In this document: piece after piece, positions 1 through 9,900 of the stretch | How the letters are laid out: every line of letters begins with the position of its first letter | How positions within the stretch are numbered: position 1 is the stretch's first letter | IMG/VR virus record: IMGVR_UViG_3300042691_050947 | Source: a virus | Direction: 5' to 3' (one strand) | DNA length: 64,000 nt | Notes under the pieces: generated by a model | The model's database searches: none | The model's input: only the letters and a program-made list of their open reading frames with translations | Told to the model about the DNA's origin: nothing | Translations under genes and position numbers: made by a program

Positions 1-62
1 TCTTAATTGATCTCCACCTTGATCTTCAGTAAATTCATTTTCTTCCATCCATAATTATTATT

Positions 63-1547
63 TTATATAGCATTGAAGAGCTTATCATAATCGTCATCCA
101 CTAAAGTAGTGGTGTTAGAAACCGGAGAAGTATTTATATCAGAATACTCTGATCTTAATTCATCTGCCATTCGAGTGATCTCTTCATCGTCACTATAAAA
201 CTCGCTATTTGGTCCAACCTCTTCAGTTAACCTAAAAAAGTCCTTATTCATAGTATAAAACTTATAGCTTTCTTCGTATCCGTTATCCCTATTTGCAATA
301 GACTTTATTTTCATTCTGCTTTCAAGAGGGCTTCGCATTAGTCCAAACAGAGAGTCAACTGTGTGAATTAAACCAAATGACTCTGCTACTGAATCCATTC
401 CCAAGTCAAAATTATCAATGTCTTCTCTACGAATTTGAGTGGCACTTATTATGCACCATTCATTTCGCATAGCAACTCCCCTAAGTTCTTCTGAAATAGA
501 TTTGACTTTTTCATAAAGGCCTGCCTGACTTGCATTTATTGGTTTTAAAAGATTTAAGTAATCAACGACGATTACTTTGAATTTTTTATTCATCTTTTGC
601 TCTAACCTAAGAAAATAGTTTTCGATATCAATTGCAGTAGCTCCACCAGTAGGAAACTCCTTAAGTATTAATTCTCCAATCGCTCGACCGCTATCTTTAA
701 GATCTTCAACCTTTCTTTGAATTAATTGAGCAGCTGAAGAATCGTTAATGCTTGCATAATCTTCTGACTTTATGCCTAGGATATTTGAGCCTATTCTTTT
801 CATGTATTGGCGATCGGCAAGCTCAACTGTTACTAGCCCAGTCACATTTCCTGCTAAAAATGATCGCGCTGCAATGTTTCCTAGAACCATCGATTTACCG
901 ACTTTAGGTCTACCTTGAAAAACAACAAGAGATTTTGAATTCCAGCCTCCACCGAGTACCTTATCTAAGAATGGAAAACCGGTCGGACAGCCAGATTTTG
1001 AAATTTGAATGTGGGACTCCGGATTAAAAAAATTAAGGCCAGTATCCGCACTTGAAAAATTTAGAGCAAGTTTTGTGCTGATATCATTTCTTATTTTTTC
1101 TGAAATATTATCGATATTTCCAGGATCAATTGGGGTAGTTTTTAAATACGTGAGTAAATCAAAAACAGTTAAGTTCAAGTTTCTTAGTAGGATAAATGAC
1201 CTAACGTATTTATAAAGATAATCATAGTTGTACTCTGCTAAGTTAAAAGAGTAGAGTTCATTGAATTCTTCCTCGCTTAAATTTACATGGGTTACTTCTA
1301 AGTAGCTTCTAAGTTCTTTTTTATTTGGGATCTTTTCGTATTCTTTAAAGAATTTAACGGCCGTTTTAAACGATTCTTGCCGATCGTCCTCATTAAAATA
1401 GCTAGGCTTCATCATTACGATTAATTCTTCCCTTCTTAACGAATCATGATTAGTTGGTCTTAGATCGTTTATGTCATTTTCAGAATTTAAAATAAAATTC
1501 CATACCATCTTTTCAAGTGAGTCAATATTTTCTGTAAAATCAATCAT
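63..1547 (-). CDS. Replicative DNA helicase, DnaB/T4 gp41-like
   Basis: Walker A GRPKVGKS, PTGFPFLDKVLGGG, LKEFPTG, VIVVDYLNLL (Walker B), ISATQ, AESFG motifs of the gp41/DnaB family. Confidence 0.93.
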   Translation of the reverse strand: MIDFTENIDSLEKMVWNFILNSENDINDLRPTNHDSLRREELIVMMKPSYFNEDDRQESFKTAVKFFKEYEKIPNKKELRSYLEVTHVNLSEEEFNELYSFNLAEYNYDYLYKYVRSFILLRNLNLTVFDLLTYLKTTPIDPGNIDNISEKIRNDISTKLALNFSSADTGLNFFNPESHIQISKSGCPTGFPFLDKVLGGGWNSKSLVVFQGRPKVGKSMVLGNIAARSFLAGNVTGLVTVELADRQYMKRIGSNILGIKSEDYASINDSSAAQLIQRKVEDLKDSGRAIGELILKEFPTGGATAIDIENYFLRLEQKMNKKFKVIVVDYLNLLKPINASQAGLYEKVKSISEELRGVAMRNEWCIISATQIRREDIDNFDLGMDSVAESFGLIHTVDSLFGLMRSPLESRMKIKSIANRDNGYEESYKFYTMNKDFFRLTEEVGPNSEFYSDDEEITRMADELRSEYSDINTSPVSNTTTLVDDDYDKLFNAI

Positions 1548-1878
1548 TCGTTAAATAGAAATAAGTTAGTCCTTTTTTTGTAAAATAGATAAAATCACCC
1601 TCAGCCTTAAGGTATTCGTCATGAATCATCGTCTTTAATGATTTAACTAAGTTTATCTTGAAGGTTTCATCTTTAATCCTATCACCGAAGACGTATTTTA
1701 AGGACTTCGATGAAAACTTAAGATTAGAGGAAGATGATTTTTCTTTGGATGCAGATACCTTTATTAAGTATTGCAATATTTCAAAAAGGAGGGTGAACTC
1801 ATCGTTCAATCCCTCCTCTGTATGTAGGTTTAGGTAATACTTTATTGGTAAATCAGAACGTAGAGTCATCGTCATCAT
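1540..1878 (-). CDS. Hypothetical protein, possible winged-helix fold (start may be 1869)
   Basis: Overlaps both uvsX and helicase; C-terminal GDFIYFTKKGL resembles a wHTH wing. Confidence 0.6.
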   Translation of the reverse strand: MMTMTLRSDLPIKYYLNLHTEEGLNDEFTLLFEILQYLIKVSASKEKSSSSNLKFSSKSLKYVFGDRIKDETFKINLVKSLKTMIHDEYLKAEGDFIYFTKKGLTYFYLTND

Positions 1879-3055
1879 TTAGATCATTAAGTTCGCTTGT
1901 CTCTAATAGGTCGATTTCATCTTGCGTTTCTGGAAATTTAAAAGTTGGCTTGATTATCTTCTCATCAAGCTCCATTAATACTTCTTGTGTAAACAATCGA
2001 GCTGAGAAAAATTCTTTAATTGGTACAAGATCACCATTATGTCGAATAACATAGTTCTTTCCAAGTTTCTTGGGTAAAAAATAGAATTTTTCGCCGTCTA
2101 CCTCAAACTCTGAACATGTAGACTGTTCGTCGGCTTTTAGCTTTGAAAACTCTTTTTCAGTCAATTTATTTCCTCGACCAACTCCACAGTTTTCCCAACT
2201 AACGAACTGTTCAAGTCCAACGTATTGGTTCATTCCTTTATGGAATGAAATGTGGAATTCAATATCGATAGGTTTAGCTAATCTGTTCTTTCTAGTCTTA
2301 GACCGAACTATGATTCCGGTTGTGGTCTTAGCCTCATCCCGAAGAGTGCCTTTACTTAACATTAGGATTATCGATGCTGAAAATTCAGGACCACCTCCAC
2401 CAGACATTCCTTTAGGAGTATACTGATCCATCGAAGCGTATGTGTGATTAGTAAAGATAAATGGCACCTTTAGGTTAGATAGCTCAAGAGTAAAGGATTT
2501 GAATAGTGACCTCATTTCCTTTGAACGAAGTCCCATGTCTGATGCATTTTTACCAGCATCCATGTCTCTTTTACTTTTATCGGTATCAAGCATTCCGACT
2601 GAATCCACAAAGATCGCAGCTTTTAAGCCTGGATTTTCTCTCATTGTTTCGATAAAATCGTTGATAAAAAACTTCACATCGCTGATTAAACCCATACGAA
2701 GATATTTCAACTTTTCTAGATCTACTCCGAACTTTGTATAATCAGATCGATCAATTGCTCCCTCAGTATCGATATAGAAAACAAAATAGTCTTTCTTTTG
2801 AAGTTCTCTAACTGCGTTTAAACAAAGAAAGGTTTTTCCAGCACCAGAATCTCCAGCAATACCGATACTTCGAGTATTAGGATACCCTCCAAACACTGAT
2901 CCTGAGATCTGAGCATTTAATAGATAATTTCCAGTAGGAATATAATCATCAATGTCAGAGAATCCCATTAAGGTGACTTTGGATTTTACTTTCTTTTCTA
3001 GAAGGTCGTTGAACTTATTAAAAGCATTGATTGCGTCATTAGTTGACTTTGCCAT
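1853..3055 (-). CDS. uvsX: RecA/UvsX-like recombinase
   Basis: IPTGNYLLNAQISG, Walker A GDSGAGKT, YIDTEGA, FVDSVG, FTNHTY, SGGGG motifs. Confidence 0.93.
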   Translation of the reverse strand: MAKSTNDAINAFNKFNDLLEKKVKSKVTLMGFSDIDDYIPTGNYLLNAQISGSVFGGYPNTRSIGIAGDSGAGKTFLCLNAVRELQKKDYFVFYIDTEGAIDRSDYTKFGVDLEKLKYLRMGLISDVKFFINDFIETMRENPGLKAAIFVDSVGMLDTDKSKRDMDAGKNASDMGLRSKEMRSLFKSFTLELSNLKVPFIFTNHTYASMDQYTPKGMSGGGGPEFSASIILMLSKGTLRDEAKTTTGIIVRSKTRKNRLAKPIDIEFHISFHKGMNQYVGLEQFVSWENCGVGRGNKLTEKEFSKLKADEQSTCSEFEVDGEKFYFLPKKLGKNYVIRHNGDLVPIKEFFSARLFTQEVLMELDEKIIKPTFKFPETQDEIDLLETSELNDLNDDDDSTF

Positions 3056-3072
3056 AATTAATTGTTTTAATA

Positions 3073-3099
3073 TATTTTACTAGAAAAAGGGTAAAAGTT
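3073..3099 (-). promoter_or_regulatory. Pre-late promoter motif upstream of uvsX
   Basis: AACTTT-N12-AGTAAAATA. Confidence 0.6.
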
Positions 3100-3657
3100 C
3101 TAATCTGAGATGTAAGAAAGCAATAAAAGAGAGCACGATAAAGCTAATGTATCTAATACTTCTCCTCTCATTATTCTACTAAATCTGATTTTATCAATTG
3201 AATGCAGCTTGGTCTCCTGATCATTTATTTTTGGTGTAAATCCGGTAGGGTCTTCGCTATGCTTGGTTAAATTTATAGCGTAACACTTGTAGGTTTTAGT
3301 AAATGGAATAGTATGTTGAATTTGACCTAAATAAAAAATATCGTCGACTTCAACATCACCTATGCCCAACTCAAGATCAATACAGTTACATAATGATTCG
3401 TGATAAGTATTAAATTCATCAGGTTCAAGAGTAGCAGTGATACACTTGCAGCCCTCTCCGTTCAATACGTAGTCGTGATACTTTGTTAAGTATACATTTT
3501 TAATTTGATTGTTTTCATTAAGATCAAAAGGAAGCAAACAAATTGCCTCCTTTGATGATGAAATTCTCTTAAACTTTCCCTTATCTCCGGTAAAAGTTAC
3601 GATTTTAAATTTATCGTCTGAATATTCTTCTTTTGAATCAAAATGATCATTCTTCAT
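3100..3657 (-). CDS. Nudix-fold protein with degenerate Nudix box (probably inactive)
   Basis: AICLLPF..VYLTKY..LEPDE..ELGI..FYLG layout of NudF-like ADP-ribose pyrophosphatases; REUXEE is replaced by NCIDLE. Confidence 0.5.
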   Translation of the reverse strand: MKNDHFDSKEEYSDDKFKIVTFTGDKGKFKRISSSKEAICLLPFDLNENNQIKNVYLTKYHDYVLNGEGCKCITATLEPDEFNTYHESLCNCIDLELGIGDVEVDDIFYLGQIQHTIPFTKTYKCYAINLTKHSEDPTGFTPKINDQETKLHSIDKIRFSRIMRGEVLDTLALSCSLLLLSYISD

Positions 3658-4285
3658 GGATCTCAGTAATATTTACAGTAGGTCCAGATTTGCTTCTTGC
3701 TGACGATTGTGGAACAACCATTGATGAAATTGCAGACTGAACTACTGTTTTATTTATCGCTCTAAAAACGTAATCGGATAACTCACTAAGAAACTTTTCT
3801 TTGTCCTTTGCGTTACTGTACATCATTTTTAAAAAATCTTGCTCAGGAAGATTAATTTTTATCTCAAGATCAATGGCTCTTTCCTCAGAATTAAACATCT
3901 CAAACATATTGGTTGCCTCGACCTGTTGTGGTTGAGGCTGATGTTGGTGATTAGTTCCGACTGGAGCTGGGCCAGTTCCGATTGGACCGGTTGAAATAGG
4001 TTTAACGGGTTGAGTTGGTCTTCTTGGTCCAGCGATAGATTCTACTTCTGCTTTACTTAGAGGTTGCATGTCTCCATGTATCATTAGTAAGCTAGTATTA
4101 AGCTGAGCAGTGTCTACGCTTGAACCATCATCGAATAGCGCAAAAAATCGATCTCCTCTGGGTTCTATGTTTCTACACGTAACTAGTTTGCCAAGTAATT
4201 CAGGCCGATTTGTTTTAATCCACTGGAACTTTGCGCCAGAGAAATTCTCCATTAAGGAGATTAGTTTATTTTCGTCAAAGTGCAT
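3647..4285 (-). CDS. Hypothetical protein with Pro/Gln-rich linker (start revised to 4285)
   Basis: Long ORF; ATG at 4285 follows an A-rich leader and removes the overlap with the upstream gene. Confidence 0.7.
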   Translation of the reverse strand: MHFDENKLISLMENFSGAKFQWIKTNRPELLGKLVTCRNIEPRGDRFFALFDDGSSVDTAQLNTSLLMIHGDMQPLSKAEVESIAGPRRPTQPVKPISTGPIGTGPAPVGTNHQHQPQPQQVEATNMFEMFNSEERAIDLEIKINLPEQDFLKMMYSNAKDKEKFLSELSDYVFRAINKTVVQSAISSMVVPQSSARSKSGPTVNITEIHEE

Positions 4286-4301
4286 TTGATCTTTATTTTT
4301 T

Positions 4302-4634
4302 TTAGGAATTAAGCTCTTCCATAGTTGAGGCAGTTTTATTCTCCTCAATCGCTTTAAGAAATTCATCATCTAATGGTCCATTATTTGGAAGATTTGAGTC
4401 TGGTTGAACCAGTGTGATTGTTGAAAAGTGATCAGCTGGAATAGGATCAATTGATTTATTCCATAGCGGATTATACATTTCACCAGTTGAGCGATTGATT
4501 ACGAACCTATCTTTGCTTGTAGGCAATGCTGCAATCTTTTTTCTAACTTCCTTAATTTGTTGAGGAGTCGGTGAGTTTTTACATGCGTCTAGAAATCCTT
4601 CTAGCCAATTTACGAAATCTTGTGCTGTGTTCAT
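4302..4634 (-). CDS. Hypothetical protein
   Basis: 110 aa ORF tightly packed in the minus-strand operon. Confidence 0.7.
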   Translation of the reverse strand: MNTAQDFVNWLEGFLDACKNSPTPQQIKEVRKKIAALPTSKDRFVINRSTGEMYNPLWNKSIDPIPADHFSTITLVQPDSNLPNNGPLDDEFLKAIEENKTASTMEELNS

Positions 4635-4643
4635 ATTATTTGG

Positions 4644-6065
4644 TTATTTTGAGTTTTTTAACTGCTTAATCTCACCTTGAGTCTTGATACGTTCATCATA
4701 CAATCGAGTAAGAATTTTTCTAGCAACTGAGTCAGTCTTACTTGAAAACATAGTATCATTTTTAGTATGGATTTCAGTGCCGTCTTTTTTGACCTTATCT
4801 GTTTTTCCAAGATAAGTATCGGGTGAAATATTAAATTGAATTTGAATGTTTGGATACATTGAAGAGAAATCATAACACGCGACTGCGCCATAATAACCTG
4901 GAATGGGATCTTTTACGTAAGCTCCAGCATAGGTACCGTCGATCACTTCTTCTCCCCAAGGAAGCTTCATCATCTTCATGTTCTTATTCAAGAATTCGCG
5001 GCACATTAGGATCTCAGCGATATACACTGGACTAAATACTTTGTTTACTTCTACTTGAGCGACGTTTGCCATAGCAAAGGCAACATCTAGTAGAGCAAGC
5101 TTATCTTCGATTAATTTTACAAGGATAACGTCGATTACGTTGTACATAGTAAATAAGTACACGTCCTTTTGGAATTCCATAAAAGAGGAGTAATCGTGAT
5201 GCAATTTAGCAGTACCTAAAACTAGATCTGCGATATAGTCTAGTTTGTAGTTTTCTACCACTTTATACGGCTTCATTTTTTCAAATACTTGCATGTAATC
5301 AAGAACGCCTAGGTGAGTTGGAATCTTTACTTTAGAAACGGTCGATCGAGTTGGCATTTTTTCCATCATATCGATCTTTAGGTTTTTACCTCGATTCATT
5401 AGATATTTCCAGTCAAATTCGGTCACGTTCCATCCAGTAACAAAATTGAAATGTGGCATGATCTTATGAAAATAAAAAGCCATTAACTCGTCTTCACTCT
5501 TAAAGAACTTGTACTTAATCTTAAAATCCTGATTAAAAAGGCGAGCATCTTCTGGTTTTTTAGGAACAGTCTTTCTAAAATACTCATTTACCTCTTTTTC
5601 CATCTTAACTATCTGTTCTGCAGCTAGACCGTCTGGCTGATCATCAGAGTTTAAAATAGAGAGTATATAGGTCACATTATCTTCATTACAAAATGAAATT
5701 AGACCGACTGGCATTCGGGCTTTTTCTGGTTCTGGAAAAGAATCATCGATTAGCTTGATCTCAATATCGAGATATGTTTTCTTGGGAAAGTTATCAAAGT
5801 TATATACTTTTTCAAGTTCCTCAGTTGTTAACTTTTCAAGAATTAATTCTTGGACTCTAAACTGATTCATATACTGACCTTGGCTCGGACCTCTTTTTAC
5901 GTACTTGCCGTTCCAATTCTTGGTAGCAGTGGGAGTTTGAGATTCTATCCAATTGTACATTTCGTGATCAGCTAATCTTTTTTTGATGAATTCGATCTTT
6001 CCGTTCTCATTATAGTATGAAACGGTTAAGACGTTATCATTTAATACTTCTGCTCCAATTAACAT
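4644..6065 (-). CDS. Family B DNA polymerase, N-terminal subunit (3'-5' exonuclease + motif A; gp43A-like)
   Basis: ExoI YLDIEI, ExoII GWNVTEFDWKYL, ExoIII YNVIDV, YAGAYVKDP, motif A YDFSSMYP; ends in the fingers before KxxxNSxYG and YGDTDS. Confidence 0.9.
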   Translation of the reverse strand: MLIGAEVLNDNVLTVSYYNENGKIEFIKKRLADHEMYNWIESQTPTATKNWNGKYVKRGPSQGQYMNQFRVQELILEKLTTEELEKVYNFDNFPKKTYLDIEIKLIDDSFPEPEKARMPVGLISFCNEDNVTYILSILNSDDQPDGLAAEQIVKMEKEVNEYFRKTVPKKPEDARLFNQDFKIKYKFFKSEDELMAFYFHKIMPHFNFVTGWNVTEFDWKYLMNRGKNLKIDMMEKMPTRSTVSKVKIPTHLGVLDYMQVFEKMKPYKVVENYKLDYIADLVLGTAKLHHDYSSFMEFQKDVYLFTMYNVIDVILVKLIEDKLALLDVAFAMANVAQVEVNKVFSPVYIAEILMCREFLNKNMKMMKLPWGEEVIDGTYAGAYVKDPIPGYYGAVACYDFSSMYPNIQIQFNISPDTYLGKTDKVKKDGTEIHTKNDTMFSSKTDSVARKILTRLYDERIKTQGEIKQLKNSK

Positions 6066-6072
6066 ATTTTAC

Positions 6073-6300
6073 TTACAGTTTAGGTTTAAACATTTCATTT
6101 ACGTGCCCACACTTTGTACAAGAGATTACAGGGATTGGTGTAATCGAATCATGGTCACTACCAGTTAAAAATTTTGAGATCTTTTTAATCATCATTTTTT
6201 CTTCAAAAACCTTTCCTCCGCACTCTTCGCATTCAATATACGGCGCATCAGCAAGGTTAATGTTTAGTTGAGGTTGGCCTCCGCCTTGAATTGGTTCCAT
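6073..6300 (-). CDS. Small zinc-ribbon protein
   Basis: CEECG and CTKCG pairs. Confidence 0.75.
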   Translation of the reverse strand: MEPIQGGGQPQLNINLADAPYIECEECGGKVFEEKMMIKKISKFLTGSDHDSITPIPVISCTKCGHVNEMFKPKL

Positions 6301-6317
6301 AGCTATTATACTTTTTT

Positions 6318-6785
6318 TTAATATCCTCTTTTCTGTCTGTCACGATTTTCTGCGTTTTTTGACATGTACATGTTATACATTTCTTGTGGAGTCATGCCGA
6401 TTGAGATAGCATAATTCATAAAAAAGTGTAGCATGTCAATGATTTCAAACTTTGCCTCAAGTTGGTCGCTCTCAGAAAGATCAGAAAACTTCATATCATT
6501 ATACTTAGAAAAGTCCTTTTTCCAATACTTCCAAATAGCGTTCCCACCACCGTCTTTAATTCCGCCTAATGCATCAGTTGCTTCGTGTATTTCATCGATC
6601 ATTGCGTGGGTGTTGGCATGCCAAAAAGACATAATTTCACGTAGGGACATGTCGTCAAAGTTCCATCCATATACGTGATTTTGAGTGTCTTTTTGGAGAG
6701 CCATAATGTCTCCTAAAGTATCTTCACTTTGTGAGTACAGGTCCTCGACCTTAAGATCGGAGCAAGTATTATCGATGTTTGCCAT
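6318..6785 (-). CDS. All-alpha dUTPase/dCTP pyrophosphatase (T4 gp56-like)
   Basis: IDEIHEATD, WKYWKK, EAKFEIIDMLHF, KNAENRDRQKRGY motifs. Confidence 0.85.
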   Translation of the reverse strand: MANIDNTCSDLKVEDLYSQSEDTLGDIMALQKDTQNHVYGWNFDDMSLREIMSFWHANTHAMIDEIHEATDALGGIKDGGGNAIWKYWKKDFSKYNDMKFSDLSESDQLEAKFEIIDMLHFFMNYAISIGMTPQEMYNMYMSKNAENRDRQKRGY

Positions 6786-6871
6786 TCTTATAGTATTTTG
6801 ATATATTATACTATAAAACCGGCTGAGGATCTTAATTTTTCGATTTTTTTAAATTTATTGATACTATTTAA

Positions 6872-6879
6872 GATAAATA
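6872..6879 (+). promoter_or_regulatory. Late promoter candidate (GATAAATA) for the sheath gene
   Basis: Variant of the T4 late consensus TATAAATA, 21 nt before the ATG. Confidence 0.65.
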
Positions 6880-6900
6880 ATTAAAAATATCTATACAGAG

Positions 6901-9900
6901 ATGGCTGAACCAAGGATAAACTTAAACAATTACAAATCTAGTGGTGTTTATACAGTTGAAATCGACGCAAGTGAGAATGTTGTATTACCTCTTACGACCG
7001 GTCGTTTGATCGTAGGGTCAAGTAGAGTAGGTCCATTCAATACGGTGGTGTTGATTAATGACGTTAGAACTCTAAGATCAGTATTTGGAGAAATTGATCC
7101 AAAACTAGAAAAAGCAGGAAGTTACTTTCATAGAACTATTGAAGTTGCATTAAGAGAAGGACCAGTATTTGCAATGAACGTATTGCCTTTAGATACTGAA
7201 ATAGCTGTTCCTTCATCAAATTTAGACCAAGCAGCATTTACTACATTTAACAGTGAATCTGCTGCAGGTAACGATGGAGCAAATCAGTACCCAATAGTTG
7301 AATTCTTTAATAGACAAAGACTATGGTTTGCTGATGCGACTAAACTAAATAAATCTAAAAACTTAGCATTAGGTGATGATTACATTACAACTCCTGGAGG
7401 TTTTGGTATAACTACATCTGAATCAAATAAAATACTTTCATTTGTAAACTTAGGACAGTATAACATGACGGTTTGGGTAAGAAAAGCTAATGTTACTGGA
7501 TTTGACGTTACTGCAAAAGAGTGGTATGCGAGCGTAGGTGGAGGAAGTGTTGAATTTCCTACATTCGTTCACCCAGATGATTTTATCTCTGACTATTTCG
7601 TTGAGGTTATTGTAGTAAACGGAGACTGGTCAAACTATTTAAAATTATCAAAGGACCCAATATATAAGGCGTACTTTGATGAAGTTGGATTAAAGACATC
7701 AAATGCTTCTAATTTCTTTGCTTTACGAGAAATTTCAGTAATTAGCAGAACAATCGGGTGTTTAATTCCTGATTTTAGAGATCAGAGCGGAGTGACCGTG
7801 TCAATCGATAGATTAGTAAACCGAGCTTTCCCAACTACTGGATTGCTTTGTGCACTAGATACTGAAAAATTAGATTTAATTGATTTAACTAATGATAACT
7901 TTATCGATACTGATGTATACACACATCGAGTAGACATTATTGGTCATGGAATCGATGAATTAGCGTATTATGCTGATAATGGAGGATTTGACAACATCTA
8001 TGTCGGTGGAGTAGATACGTTTACAACGAATGGACTTGGGACAGGTTATACTACTGCAACTGGTGTTGCAACTACAAGTGCTGGTGGAGGTTCCGGATTA
8101 ACGGTTGACATCACAGCAGTCGCTGGTGCAATAACTGCGATCACAGTAAATGATGCTGGTTCTGGATATGAAATCGGTGACACTATTACAATAACTGGTG
8201 GTACTATTCCTGAGGTTATTACAGTTACTGCGATAACTTATGATAATCCAATAGTTGATCCGACTCCTCTAATTGATACTTTAAGTTATAGTCGACCGAT
8301 TGATAGAGAGCTTCTTTTTGAGATAACTAGCATTGAGACTCCTGTATCATTTGCAGCAGGTGCTGCAAATGGAGATACTTATGTTATTAATACGACGACC
8401 GACTTTATTGTTGCAATGGAAGGAAGTAAGTTATATGAGGCATATACGAAAGGTTTCCTAAAAACTGGTGATACTAGTTCAGATGGAATTAACCCAACAC
8501 GTTACTTAAAAGTAATTGATAACTTAGTTGTGAGTTCATTAAAATACATTAAAATTGAAGTATATTCAAATATTGGATTGACCTCTCAAGTAAATGCAAA
8601 CTACTATAATTTTTCAGGTACAGATTATTTTAAAGTAACTTTAGCAGACGGTGATGAATTCAATCATACTTTTGATTTAACTGATACTGCAATATTTGCT
8701 AGTTATTCTATTTCTCAGCCTAATGTGTTGATTCTTGAATTAGATGGAGCTATCAGTGTACCAAATAAAGCATTGGTTAATAAGTACATCAAAGCAAATA
8801 ATTATATTAAAGCAAATGTGGCAGACGGACGATCAAGAGTATTGAAGATAGTATCAGTACTTACACCCGATCCGCTAACTGCACCAGATACGATTAAAGT
8901 GACAACCATGGCTCCTTCAGTAGAAGAAGTAATAGGATTGGATGTTACTGGAAACACTATTCAAGTTTATACAGGAATTCCAAACTTTGTGACAAGTCTT
9001 AAAGGTCAAAAGCTAGCAGCATTTAAGTTGAGAAACGATGTGTTACCGGACGGAACAGCAGATCGATTAGAAGGGACTGGCGGTATTTTAGATTATCTTT
9101 TCACAGAAACCCTTATTCCACAAGCTCTTTCAAACGGGGAGTTAGTAGATTTTAGATATGTTGTCGATTCTTATTCTGGAACAATATCTAGTTCTTCTAA
9201 ATATCACTTGGCTAAATTAGCAGCACTTAATGGTCAGGCAATGGCGATCTTAAATGCTCCATCAATGCAGCAATTTGAGAAATCAGTTGATCCTAGCTTT
9301 ATTGACACTACAAATAAATTGGTTTCAACTGAGCTTATTTCACTAGGAGGAAATACTGCATTGAATCCTAGCTTTCTTTATAAATTTGCTGAAGAAGACG
9401 TTAAGGGAGTTCCTTTATCTTCTTATTCATCATATCACTTCCCTAACTTAATAGTAAGAAGCGGAAGCAAGAACATTTCAGTTCCACAAGCAGGATATAT
9501 CTCTAACTTATATGTTAGAAAATTCAAGAACGGTACTCCATTCTTAATCGTAGCTGGTGGAAAAAGAGGAGCTCTTAATGATCCGGAAATCGTTGGATTA
9601 GAATACGATCTTACTGACGAGGACAGAGATTTCTTAGAGCCAGTAGGATTCAACTTAACAGTTAAACGTAGAGGATTTGGAATCATCTTGTTCTCTAATA
9701 ACACCGCATATCAGAGAATTAATTCAGCTCTTAACAATGCTCACGTTAGAGATAACTTATCTACGATTGAACGAGACCTTGAAAAGATCTTATTTAATTT
9801 CTTATTTGATTTCAATGATGAGATTACAAGATTACGAGTAAGAACTATAGTTGAAAATTACTTGAACGCAGTAGTTAATGCAAAAGGAATTTCCACATAT

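Noticed and set aside
4302-4660. Intron or split intein explaining the truncated polymerase
   Set aside because: No intein N-terminal block at the end of the ORF, no homing endonuclease, and no downstream polymerase exon in the ORF track
6318-6785. gp56-like enzyme as proof of hydroxymethylcytosine DNA
   Set aside because: The family includes plain dUTPases, and no dCMP hydroxymethylase or DNA glucosyltransferase was recognised in the window
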